Made by a program: the position numbers and the translations under genes
Origin: Lama guanicoe
Taxonomy: Eukaryota
DNA: 64,000 bases
Reading direction: 5' to 3'
Assembly: GCA_013239625.1 (NCBI GenBank)
Contig: MU055574.1
Coordinates: 20,568,115 to 20,632,114, forward strand
Notes under the pieces: generated by a model
The model's input: only the letters and a program-made list of their open reading frames with translations
Told to the model about the DNA's origin: nothing
Database searches by the model: none
Shown here: one piece after another, positions 25,301-37,300 of the stretch
Layout of the letters: every line of letters begins with the position of its first letter
Position numbering within the stretch: position 1 is the first letter of the stretch

Positions 25301-28300
25301 TTTACTGAGCCTCCTTTCTTTAGATTCAGCATATAAAGGATGATAAAAGAGTTCAGTGACTCAGATGTAGGTAACTGCTTGGTTGCACTCTGGACATTGT
25401 CGCCCTCAGGTGTCTTGAAGTTGGCCGAAGCCGCCTTATGTGGTCTGACTGGGAACAGAGAACCATGTGGGAGAGTCCTGGGTGACCCTCTCACTTTGTA
25501 AGCCAAGGAATAGCGTTGCCAGTCCTTGTGTAAAACTGATTCTGAGTTTTTAACAACCTTCCTGCCTGCAGGTGTTTAAGCATTACGGCTTAAGGCGCCT
25601 GGAATCTCATATTGTAGCCTCATCTGAGAGCACCTTGCTTCTTAGGTCCCTTTTGCTGTAACTGTGTTGGTTGCAACCTTTCAATTTAATATTTATAGCA
25701 CATTAGCTGTTTGTCACTAAAGACTCACCTAGAAAACGATGCGCAGTGAGACTAGTTGGAATCTGTTACGACCGTTAGGTAAGGAATTGTGAACCCAGGC
25801 AGGATTTTAGGCATTATCCCAGGACTGGGAATTGGTGTCTTTCAGAGCAGGTCCAGGCATTTCCCTGCCTTTATTTGAGAAGGATTTGGGACAAAGTTTC
25901 AGTACTTTATAGTAAAAATCGACTGAACCAAGAGCTAAGCAATCACCTGCTTGGCTTACTGAGCAGACTTTAATTAGTGTCTGCTCTGGTCGAGGACAAA
26001 TTTCAGCCCCTTGGTTTCGAAAGACCTTGTGGCTAGAGGGAGCTGAGGCCTCCCTAAAGTGGAGGAACAGCGTTGTTTTCTGCGATGGCGTGACGTGGTC
26101 CTGCCTCCCTGCCTCCCTGCCTCCCTGCCCCTCATGTCCCTGTGGGATGTTGTTTATCATTCTCGCACTTTCCTACTAAGCCTGGAGGTGGCCTTGCCTT
26201 CCTCAGTGTGGCTGCCACTGTCAACCTTGCCACTAAAGGCAAACCCACTGACCGCCGGGGCCAGACTAGGCCGGCCGGGGAAGGGGCCGAGGCACCCCTG
26301 TTGGGCCTTGATTTTCAGTACTTCTTTGTGTCATTATCATTTTTATTAATCTTGTCTTCTGGGTTTGTTTGTGTGTTTTTTTGTTTGTTTGTTTTGCCTT
26401 TTCTCCAGATAAGGATGGAAGTAAAAATCTGGGCAAATTTGTTTCTTCTCCCACAAAAGAGAAAGGAAACATTCAGCTGTCTTATTCCGATGGTGATGAG
26501 TGTGGTCATGGCAAGAAAATACAGACTAACATAACACTTGTCTGCAAGCCAGGTAACAGTGAGAAAGATGAGGTGTAGGGTGGTTTCTGCTCGCAGCGCC
26601 CTGCACTCTGTGTCTCTGCTTCTCCCTGGCCACTGCCGAGATGCCGAGGCCGAGGGGTGTAGGGCTGACTGGTGAGGCCCCAGAAGGGGCGGTGGTGCTT
26701 TGGGTTCCATTCCCCGTCCCCGCGCACACCAGCCCAGAGACGGAGGGGCCGCGTGGCTGGGATTTTCCGGATGAGTTGCGCTCTCCCCACGGCTTCCTCT
26801 CCTTAGGCCTGGAGCAGGGCAACCATGTGGCCCGTTGGCTTCCTTTGAAGGGGGAGAATCTCAGGTGGTTAAGAGCATTGTCACTGATGCTCCCCCCCCA
26901 ACACTGTGCTCTGCTCACTTATCTTTATTTACAGGTTTACATTGTTATTCAGGGTTAGAATCTGTATACGCACACATTTTCATGTTTCTCAGCACATAAT
27001 ATTTTGTGAATACTCTTCTGTGTTTCACCGTTATAATCCTTAGGGACTTCCTTGTTGATGCCGGCTTGGTTTTAACTATTTTTAAACATTTTCACTATTG
27101 CTGGATTAATAGCATGTTTCCAGTGTTGCTAATTGTGCAGTTACATACTTCTCTCTGCCTCCCGTTGGAATATTTCCTTTGGATAAATTCCCAGCTGTGG
27201 GATAAAGTCAAGGACCAGGACGATTTTTTTTTCAATTGTAAAATATATAATATAAAATTTACCCATGTAAAGGAATTGTAGTAAAATGCATGTAATGTGA
27301 AATTCACCATTTTAATCTTTTTTTTCAGTGCCCAGTTCAGTGGCACTAAGTGCATGTGCTAAGTACATGTACCCCACCGTCCGTCTCCAGAACGTTTTCA
27401 TTTCCCAAACTGAAGTCCCCCCATCCTCGCCCCCTTGTCCACCCTTGTCCTTCTGTCCCGTCTCTGTAGGTTTGACCGCTTTAGGGACCTCAGATAAGTG
27501 GACTTCACAGTATTTGCAGGACTATTTTTAGAACAAGGGAAGGAAGTTTTCCGAGACAGGGTGAGTGATGGCTCTCTCTTCCCCATTGACAGGCGACTTA
27601 GAAAGTGCTCCGGTGCTGAGAACTTCCAGGGACGACGGTTGCTTCTATGAGTTTGAGTGGCACACGGCGGCTGCCTGCGTGCTGTCCAGGACTGAGGGGG
27701 ACAACTGCACGGTCTTCGACTCCCAAGCCGGTGTGTGTCTGAGCGCCTGGTGCAGAGGCACCTGCACCTGCTTAGCTGGCTTTTTGTTTTATTTATTTTT
27801 TTGACGTTTTCTAGGAGTGTTTTAGAGGTAACGCATTGTAGAATTCTATTAATACTGTTCGACCAAGACTCTGAAAATCAGTGTTTGAAGCTTGAGATAA
27901 TGAAAAATATCTCATGTTCATAGTTGAGGTCGTTTGCTAAGTGCAAAACCCAAGGAACACAGGAAATAGGTCACATTTGAACCGGCTTTTCGTGTGAGTT
28001 TCTGGCCAAGAAGCCCACCCTAGACTGTTTAGGGTCATTGTATTGTCATCTTCCCTCTTTGAACACGCTGGTGGTTTGTTCATCCGGGAGGTGCGGGCTG
28101 TGAGTGGGGCTGGGTCAGGGCAGGAGAAGGGGTTGGTGGTGGAAAATCTGTCTCCATGGGGAATGTGAGTGATGGCGGCTCCAGGAGCTCGTCTCCCTGC
28201 CATCACAGGGAAGCTTCTGGAAGCCGTGAGCTGGGATGGTGGCTCTTCACTGACCTGGACGGTTGTTGCTAGGGTTTTCTTTTGACTTGTCACCTCTCAC

Positions 28301-31300
28301 GAAGAATGACGGCTACAAAGTCGAGACGGAGAAGTACGAGTTTTACATTAACGTGTGCGGGGCGCTGTCTGCGGGCCCCTGTCCACCGGGCTCAGCAGCC
28401 TGCCAGGTGTCCAGGAGGCAAGTAGACTGTTTTCAGTTGTGGCTTTTCCCTGCAGTGTCATGTGCTCACTGATATTTATTCAGAAATACAGGCATTCTCT
28501 GCTGACGTCTTTGCTTTACGGGGAGTATTTAAACACTGAGAAGACTTGGCCCCCAAATGGGGGGAGGCTGCTGGGGGTCGAGCCTCCCAGAGAAGGAGCA
28601 GGACAGGAAGTGGGTTTACACAGCGCCTCCCTTCCCGGCAGCTGGCCCTTCTCAGTTGTTGGATAGATTGATGCACCTCTGTCTCCTCTCAGTGCAGCGT
28701 TAGTTCACGTGAAAGGAACTGTGCCTTAAAGCAGCCGTGCTGAGTGGATTTGGGTCCTGGTGTCAGGGTGGGGCCGCCCTCTCATCCCCTCTGGGCTTAG
28801 AAATCCTAGCCTGGCACCAGGGTGGGTCTGCATCCCTGGGTCCTGGGTGCTGCCACCCCCCACACTGCCCTCTGTCCTTCCTTGGCGTCACGGCACCATG
28901 GTGCTTCTGGTCTCGGTACCTTTTCTGAGAGATGTTTGTTTGTTTTAGTGATGATAAGTTTTGGAACTTGGGACGGAGTAACGCTAAGCTTTCCTACTAC
29001 GATGGGATGATCCAGCTGAACTACAGAGATGGCACACCCTACAACAACGAGAGGCGCACCCCGAGAGCCACCCTCATCACCTTTCTCTGTGACCGAGATG
29101 CTGGCGTGGGTCTCCCTGAATATCAGGTAGGGTTGGCACCGCGTGTGCCTCTGTGTGTGTGCACGTGTGTGTGTGTCTACGCAGTGACGGATGAGGAGGA
29201 GAGGATGTCAGTCTCGTAAAGCCAGGGGAAGAGAAAGAAGCAGCTTTGACAGGGCTTGTGGCTTTTCTAATGTAGGTGACGTGTGAGCTGGGAGGGTCCC
29301 CGGGGATAAACTGTCAGGTTGTCTGGCTCCCAAAGGCTTATATGGGAGCCCGTCGTGGGCCCTTTATTTAGAAGCAGAGCTATTTTTAGTCTGGTTTCCT
29401 GGCCAGATCGTCGTCTCCTGTGATTTTAATTAATCCTTTTAGGTTTGCCAGGAGACACGGGCAGTGTTTATTTTCTGAGCTGCTCCAGTGGGCCACGCAC
29501 CTCAGTGATGGCCCGCAACCCTGTTGGTGTTGGATACAAGACAGACAAAGGCATCAAAACCGTCCCTCATTCCCGTTTAACAGAGGCTAGATTTCCATCT
29601 TAATTTATTGCTGGGCGAGCTTCCTTTTAATAAAATAAGAGGAGGTGGGCAAAGTAAACTTTCTTTCCTACAGTTTCTGTCTACAAGAAGTGCCCCAGCA
29701 TTTTCGAAATGCTGGCTTTGTGTCGCGGCTCCCCTTCTCTTTGCCGTCCCTTGCACGTCTGCTCTTGTCCCGCGATTAGGAAGAAGATAACTCGACCTAC
29801 AACTTCCGGTGGTACACCAGCTACGCCTGCCCCGAGGAGCCACTGGAGTGCGTGGTGACCGACCCCGCCACGCTGGAGCAGTACGACCTCTCCAGGTGAG
29901 GCGGGTCAGCCTGCCGCGGGCCTGGCCCCGGCCTGGGTTGTGCTGGGGCCGCCAGGCCTGGCTGGTGAGCACAGAGCTCAGCGGATAGAGGGAGTCCAGT
30001 TAGTTCTGGGTGCGGGACCGAGACAGGGAGCTTCAAGCAGAATGAATTCTAGTGAGGATCTAGTAGCCTTAGTGAGATCAAGCAGTCTTTGCTGCAGGAA
30101 AGCCTCAGTCTTCGGCTGCATCATTTAAAACAATGCCTGTTGGTGCAGAGGTGAGGGGCGGTCCCCGTCTGTGGAGCACTGACGGCATTTAGGGAGGTGG
30201 AGAGCACTTGGGCACGTCCCGAGTCCCAACGGCGGCTTCTGCAGTTTGATGGGTGGGCTGTGTTTCCTCGGTGTTTCCCTCACTACTTAAAAATGAATCA
30301 TCAGACTCAGCTTGAAAAGCATCTGTCTCCCTTTGACGTTTCAGTCTAGCCAAATCTGAAGGTGGCCGCGGAGGGAACTGGTACGCCATGGACAACGCAG
30401 GGCCACGCAGCACGTGGAGGAAGTACTACATCAACGTGTGTCGGCCCCTGAGCCCCGTCCCCGGCTGCGATCGCTACGCGTCCGCGTGCCAGATGAAGTT
30501 CGACAGCTCCCAGGTAGGTCGGCCCGCCCGAGCGTGGGACTGGATGTGCAGGGGGTTATTCGGGGCTCCCAGATCTAAGTGGGCCTGACCGCTGCAGTGA
30601 AGCCCCCTGAGCGGGAGAGGGGCCTCCGTGTGAACTCATCTGCCTCCTACGGATGTGACTGTATTTGAGTCATCGTTCAGATTTAGGATTTTAAAAAGCC
30701 ATGGTGTTGGTGGCCTCTGCTCACGGTCCTCGGCAGAGGAAGTATCTTTGAGTGAGCAGCCGACATCTATAAAGAGTAGTTTTTGCTCTCAAAAGTGCTT
30801 GCTCCTGGACTAATCAGGGGCGACACCTGCTTGGCAGAGTCACTGTGGATGAGCTCAGTCCCGGCGTTAGCTCTCCCTGGGTGTAGGCTGCACTCCATCA
30901 TCCCGGTGGGATGCAGTTACTGCCAGAACTCTGGTATGTTTCCCTGTGCGCCTCGTACACGATGCGTCTTAAAATAAAGATGTATGTGTGCTTCTTTAAA
31001 AATAGCATGTCGAGAATGTACTTTTCCTGGCGCCTGTTACATGGCAGCTTGGAGGTGTTCTAGAGGCAGCTGGCGAGCGCACTCTGGTGGTTAAGGAAGG
31101 AGCGCCCTGTGGGGTGTGCATGTGCACTTAAGCGTGTGCGCTCGTGGTTGGAGCAATGGCCTTCCAGTACAGCCTGTCCTCTTTACTCATGAATTCGGTA
31201 TCTGCGAGTGTGACAATTATCTGTAACCCCACATCAGTCCTGGGTGCCCTCACAGTCTTTCACGGACGTGTGCAGAGTGGCCTGACATGGGTGTCATGCT

Positions 31301-34300
31301 CCACGCTCTTGTCCAGCTCTCCTACCCGGGTGGCCAGAGGATGGAGTCACGAGGGGGACAGGCAATGCAGCATCAGAAGCTCCTGGCTCCTGGCCAGGGG
31401 GACAGGGTTTGAGTCCCATCTCTGATGCCTGTTGTAAGGTGGCCTTGATAAGTCACTTAGCATATCTGAACCTTGTTTGCCCTTTCGTAAGACAGAATAG
31501 AGTCTACAATGATTTTGAGGATTTACGACCATTATCTTTGTGAGATAAGTGTACACGAGATACCTAGAGGTGTCCCTCAGTGTACTGGGGAGGGGAGAGG
31601 TGCAGGAGGGATTGGTTCCAGGACTCCAGCAGATACCAAAATCCAGGGATGCTCAAGTCCTTTACATGCAGTGTTACAGTGTTAATGTTACTTAAACACA
31701 TCCTTACTTCATTTCAGTTACTTGTAATACCTAATACAATGTAAATGCTATGTTGCAGTTGTAGATACAGTGTAAATGCTATGTTAATAGATGGCTGGAG
31801 GCAAATTCAAGTTTTGCTTTTTGGAACTTTGTGGAATTTTTTTCCTGGATATTTTTGATGCAAATTTGATAGAATCCATGGCTGTAGAACCCGCGGATAC
31901 AGAAGGCTGACAGTTTTTCCCCCTACGTGTAGGAAGGGTGGCTCCGTGTTTGCCAATTGAGTATTTGTGTCGCGTTTGTAGAACACAGCTCCCTACCGTG
32001 AATAACAAGACTCCACTATGTTAGTCATGATGAAATGAGTTGTTTTTCTTCAGAGGGAGATCTAACAGACATACATGTTTGCAGGGTTCATTTTCTGAAA
32101 TCGTCTCCATCAGCAACTTGGGGGTCGCCAAGACGGGCCCAGTGGTGGAGGCGAGTGGCAGCCTCCTGCTGGAGTACGTGAATGGCTCAGCCTGCACCAC
32201 CAGCGACGGGAAGCGGACCACCTACACCACCAGGATCCACCTCATCTGCTCCAGGGGCAGCCTGGTAAGGAAGGCCCTGCTGGGCGCCGATGGCCTTGGC
32301 TGCTTTGGGTTCAGAGGGGTGACGGTTGCTCTTCACTCCGCTTCAGGTCAGCATGTGATGTAAAGGCGGGGAGGCAAGGAGCACACAGTGGTGCTCTTGT
32401 GGCTGTACTTTCTCAAGTTGAAGCCTCATCTCTTACTGCTGGTTTGTGGCACATACTGCATGGTGTTCTGTAGATCTGAGTTTTCTCTGAGTGGTGTGGA
32501 CACCGTCCTGCCCTTAGTTCTTGTGAGTTGGTGATCCCAGGATCACCGCAGCAGAACAAGTCTTAGAGACGGTTTGGTCCAAACCCCAAAGTTCATAGAT
32601 GAGGAGACTGAGGCTGGGCACAGCTCAGGGCCAGGGATGAACGATGAGGGATGGATGTGTAATATGTCAGCAAAGCAGGAATAAAAAAATTAAGGTTGAG
32701 AAATGGAGACGGTGATAGAGATTGTATTTGGGCCTGAGTTCCTTAGTCAGGACAGAAGAGAAAACTGGAAATAAGAATGCTTTGGGGTCATTATGTACAG
32801 TCTCAATTGATTTTAAAAAACGTGGCAGAAAATACATAACATAAAATTTACCATTTTAGCCATTTTTACGTGTAAAGTTTAGTGGCATTAAGTACATTTA
32901 TGATAGGGGAGGGAAGTAACTCGGTAGAGTGCATGTGTTTAGCATGCGCTAGGTCCTGGGTTCAATCCCCAGCACCTCCACTAAAAAAATACATAATAAA
33001 ATACAAGTACATTTACAGCGTTGTGCACCTATCACCAGTAAGGATTTCCAGAACTTTGCTTTTTTCACCTGGAGTTTATACCTGGATCTTTTATACTTGG
33101 ATCATGTGTTTTTCGAATAATTGCCAAACCCTTAGATGAACACAGAGTGAGGAAAATAAAACTTGTTTATTATCAAACAGATTATTTCCTTAAGTCTGTG
33201 TTTCAGCCTCCTCTCGCCTGATGGGCGTGAGCTGGCTCCCCGTGTGGTCACTCCTCTCTGAGCAGGCCGGGGGCCTTGGTTCCTTACCTTCTAGTCGTCT
33301 TGCAGACGCCAAGTTTTCTCTGTCCTTTGCCAGCACACAATGTTTTCCCAAGAGATAATGTCTCTTGAGCCCCAGAAGGCCGCTCTGGCAGGGGAGCGAA
33401 GTACTTACTGGCCGAGCAGGGCCTGTGTGTGCGAGGAGGGCGGCTGCACTGAGATGTGAACGCGCAGTCTGCTAAGCCCAAGCTCGGTTTCCTGGTTTCC
33501 ACTCCTGGTCCCGGGAAGGACTCCTGGCTGCGCAGCCTGGCCCTCCTCTATGCCGCCCCCTCGGTGCACCTCTGTGTCCCCTCCTTGGGCCTGGCCCACC
33601 CCCCTTCCCTCCTCTGGTGTCTCGTTGCCATGGAGATCTTGGACACTTCAGGAGGATCTCTCAGACCCTTCTATTTTCAGCTTTCCTGTGACATCCTGTT
33701 TGGACAGAGTTTTTAAGTTTTCAGAGCTATTTTCCTTGTTACTGTATCTCTCCGCCTCGGCTCAGGGCCTGGCATGTTTCCAGGGCCCTGGAAATACCGA
33801 GTGAGTGAAGGTGATGTCCCAGAGGTTCTGCAAATCACGGAACTTTTCACAACCACGTCATGAGGCAGAAGGGATGGGTGTGCTCTTAGTTCACTGTTGG
33901 TGACGCTGCGGCTGAGAGGGTGGCTAGGGGGACTTCCAGATCAAAGGGTGCTTGGTGGGTGACAGACCACTGTCATGTCCTTCCCTGTGCATCTTGGCAG
34001 GCGCCTTCTCAGGCCTCAGTGTTCTCATCTGTACAGATGGCAGGTGAGGGTTGTTGTGAGGCTAGCTGAGATATGTTGTCGCATCCTTTGCGCAGTGTCT
34101 GGTGGCCATGGCCTCTGTCTGAGCGGCCATTGCCCATGGTGGAGGCGATGCCCTCTCAGAAGCTGCTGTGGCACATGTTGGGGGACTTTTTATTGAAAAC
34201 ACTCAGGAAAGTGCATGGGTTGTAAGTTACAGCTGGTGGACTTCTGCAGCTTGAATGCACCTGTGTAACCAGACCCACGTCTGCAAACAGGACACCAGCA

Positions 34301-37300
34301 GCGCCCAGGGGCCTCCTCCTGCCCCTTTCTGGTCACTTCTCCACCCGTCCTGACCTGTGACCCTGCAGGTCAGCTTTGCCTCTTCGTGGCTGTGATCGTG
34401 CGCCCCGTGGTCTTGGTGTCTGGCTCTTGTATTCTGCACTCTGGGTGTAGAACATTTTGAACACTTTTCAAAAGCATCGACTTGGGCTCAGACCTAGGTT
34501 TGGATTCCAGTTCTGCCATTTATTGCTGTCATGATCTCAGGTGAATTTACTGGCATCTGAGCATAAGAGATAATATCTCCTTAATGGGAATAATGAGGAT
34601 GTTAAATTAATAAGTTCTAATTAGTTAAGACACATTAAGCACCTAGCCTGTCACTGACATGATAATCGTTCTGTTGATTTTTGCTATTTTTTTTATCAGA
34701 CTAGTATTCTTTTGGTTAGATCGATTTCCATTTTCTTACATTGACTGTCATCCTGGTTTTGTCCTTTCAGAATACCCACCCCATATTTTCTCTCAACTGG
34801 GAGTGCGTGGTTAGTTTCCTGTGGAATACAGAGGCTGCCTGTCCTGTCCAAGTAATGACAGACACAGACCAGGTACGTGTGCTGTCCTGGGCCTCCCGCC
34901 GAGCTGCCCTGGACCTTCCTGTCCAGGTGTCCTGGCTCTGCACCCCTTCCCTGTGCTGCTTAATCCGTTACTGGCGCCTCTGTTTCCGCCGCGTTGACAG
35001 CAGGCGTCTGGAAGTCATCCTGCACTCCTCTCCCTCACCCCCGGCTCCCAGATGCTGGGAGAAGAACCAGGACCTTCCGTTTAACTCCCCGATTCCTGTA
35101 GATTCCTTCCTTTTCCTCCACGCCACGTCCTTCAGTGCTGCAGGGGCTCTGGGCTCTCCATCACTGCCAAGATGAGTGCTCGTGTGTCACTCAGCACCTG
35201 ACACATGTCAGAGCCCCGCCGTCTGTAGGATACACTTGTATGTTCCAGTGTCACGTGTTTATAGAATACAGCCTGTATGTCTTAATGTGAAATTATCTGT
35301 AGGGTACAGTCTGTCTGTTTCAACGCGATACTTGAGGGTTTAACGCTCTGGTCCCAGCCACCTTCCTCCCACGTCGTCCACTTTAGCCCTGTGCCCGCTG
35401 TAGTGCTACACTCATCCCACCCTTTAGCCTTGGGATGCGCTCCTGCCCTCGGGCGAGCCTGCACCTGCAGAACCGGGCAGCAGGCTGCTCTGAGACGTGC
35501 TCTCTGACCCCGCAAGGGTGCACCTTGTTTCCATGGCACTAGGTATTTTTCTTTACAATAGAGAATGTGTTTCCCTCCCTCCCTTTTCAAAGCTCTGCCA
35601 GCAGCAGCATCCGGACTGGTGAATGTTCCCAGGACAGGGTCCTGGCTGGAGGGTGCCCGGGGAGGGTGGGCATGGTGGCATGCCACCCGCACCCACCGTC
35701 AGTGCAGCCCAAGGCTGTGGCTGCCGCTCTGTTTCCTGCATATGGTGGGCAGGACAGAAAAAAGACACGTTGGGGTAGGGAGGTTCCTTCCACCTCCTAG
35801 AAGAGGAGAAGAGACAGTTAATGAATTGTGGGTCTCTTACGGTTCTCACGTTTCCCTGGGGATCAGCAGCCATCTTCTTGTCCAGGTAATGATTGCAGCC
35901 TTAAGAGCTCGAGCACCGTCAGCATCTCTGAGCCGGTGTCACACCTGGAGCACTTCAGTTGTCCTATCTGTCAGGGCCATGAGCGCACACGGGGCTGCTT
36001 CTCTGAGGGGGCTTTAAAGTCCAAGCGGTCCGTGCGGGCAGGTTTTGGAGGTGCTCTGGCTTTGCCGTGTTCTCGTGGAGTTGGTTTGAGTGATTCTCTC
36101 CCCCTTTGGTTCCTGCAGGCTTGCTCCATCAGGGACCCCAACAGTGGGTATGTGTTTGATCTGAACCCACTAAACAAGTCCCAAGGATACGTAGTCTCAA
36201 GCATCGGGAAGATCTTCTTGGTAAGGCTTATGTGATGAGTTCTGTTTTGCTTTGAAACGAGGGGAGGATTCCTGAGTCACCTGCAGCTGGTGATGGGGAA
36301 TAGGGGGGGCGGGCAGCATCCTCAGGGATTGCCCAGCTCACCGTGATGGTAGCTCTCACCCAGGGGACTCAGAAAATCCAGATTTAAGGGCAAGTGAGGT
36401 GAAACCATCACCCCATCCTGCATCAGTGCAGACGTGAGGGTGTCATTCTTCGGAAAATAAGCTATTCTTAATCTGTGACCGAGTGTCTGGAGCCATGGTC
36501 CTCCGTCCAGCAGCTTGGACATTGCCTGGGAACCTGTAGAGTCTTGGGGTGGGGCCCAGCGGTCTGTTTTAACAAGGCCCCCGGAGGTTCTGATGTGCAG
36601 TGAGCTTTGAGAGCCGCTAGTCCAGAGCAAACGGTGATTGTTTTCCCTGTAACAAGGGGACAGCCCGACGGCTGTGCTCTGGGATCTTCTGGCCTCACTC
36701 CCTCCATGGGCGGCCCTGACGCTGTGTCTCGAGCAGCGAGGAGGAAAACCTCCACTTAATGCCGTTTGGTTAGACACTGAGTGCTGTTGGAAAGGAAGGA
36801 AGCTTTTTAAAAATCTTATTTCAGTTAATTTCTAGCAAAATCCATGCTGGGAGAAGAGAATAACTTTTGGAAACAGGAAGTTGGGTTGGGACTGTCTTAT
36901 AAAAACCTGTTGCAGAGAAGCGCAGTGCGTGCCGGAGAGCGTACAGCGGGTTCCGGGGCTGGAAAACACCTGGCCAGGGCCCGTCCCCGCACCGACATCC
37001 TCTCAGAAACTGCTGCTCCAGTTTGGTTTATAATAGGTTCTAACTGGTGACAGCGTATCCGGATGTCAGTGTGAGTGCGCGAGGCAGACGAGCTCGTTGC
37101 GCCCTCTGAGGAGCATGCCAACAGGGGTGACCCCGCGGAGAACATGCCAGGGGCAGGCCTGACAGGCTCTGCCCGTGCAGTAGCAGGCGTAGCAGGTGTG
37201 CGTCACTCCTGTCAGTCGCAGGTGGCGGGGACAAACTGGGAGGTGTCCAGGCTCCTGGGAGACAGGCACGGTCAGCATGCTGCCGGAGAGGCTGAGGATA

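Noticed and set aside
27555-27566. Consensus donors just upstream of real acceptors (27561 and 38162)
   Set aside because: Too close to the downstream acceptor to define a plausible intron and no convincing partner exon found.
31734-31785. Direct repeat TGTAAATGCTATGTT
   Set aside because: Internal to the MER2-like element; not an independent feature.
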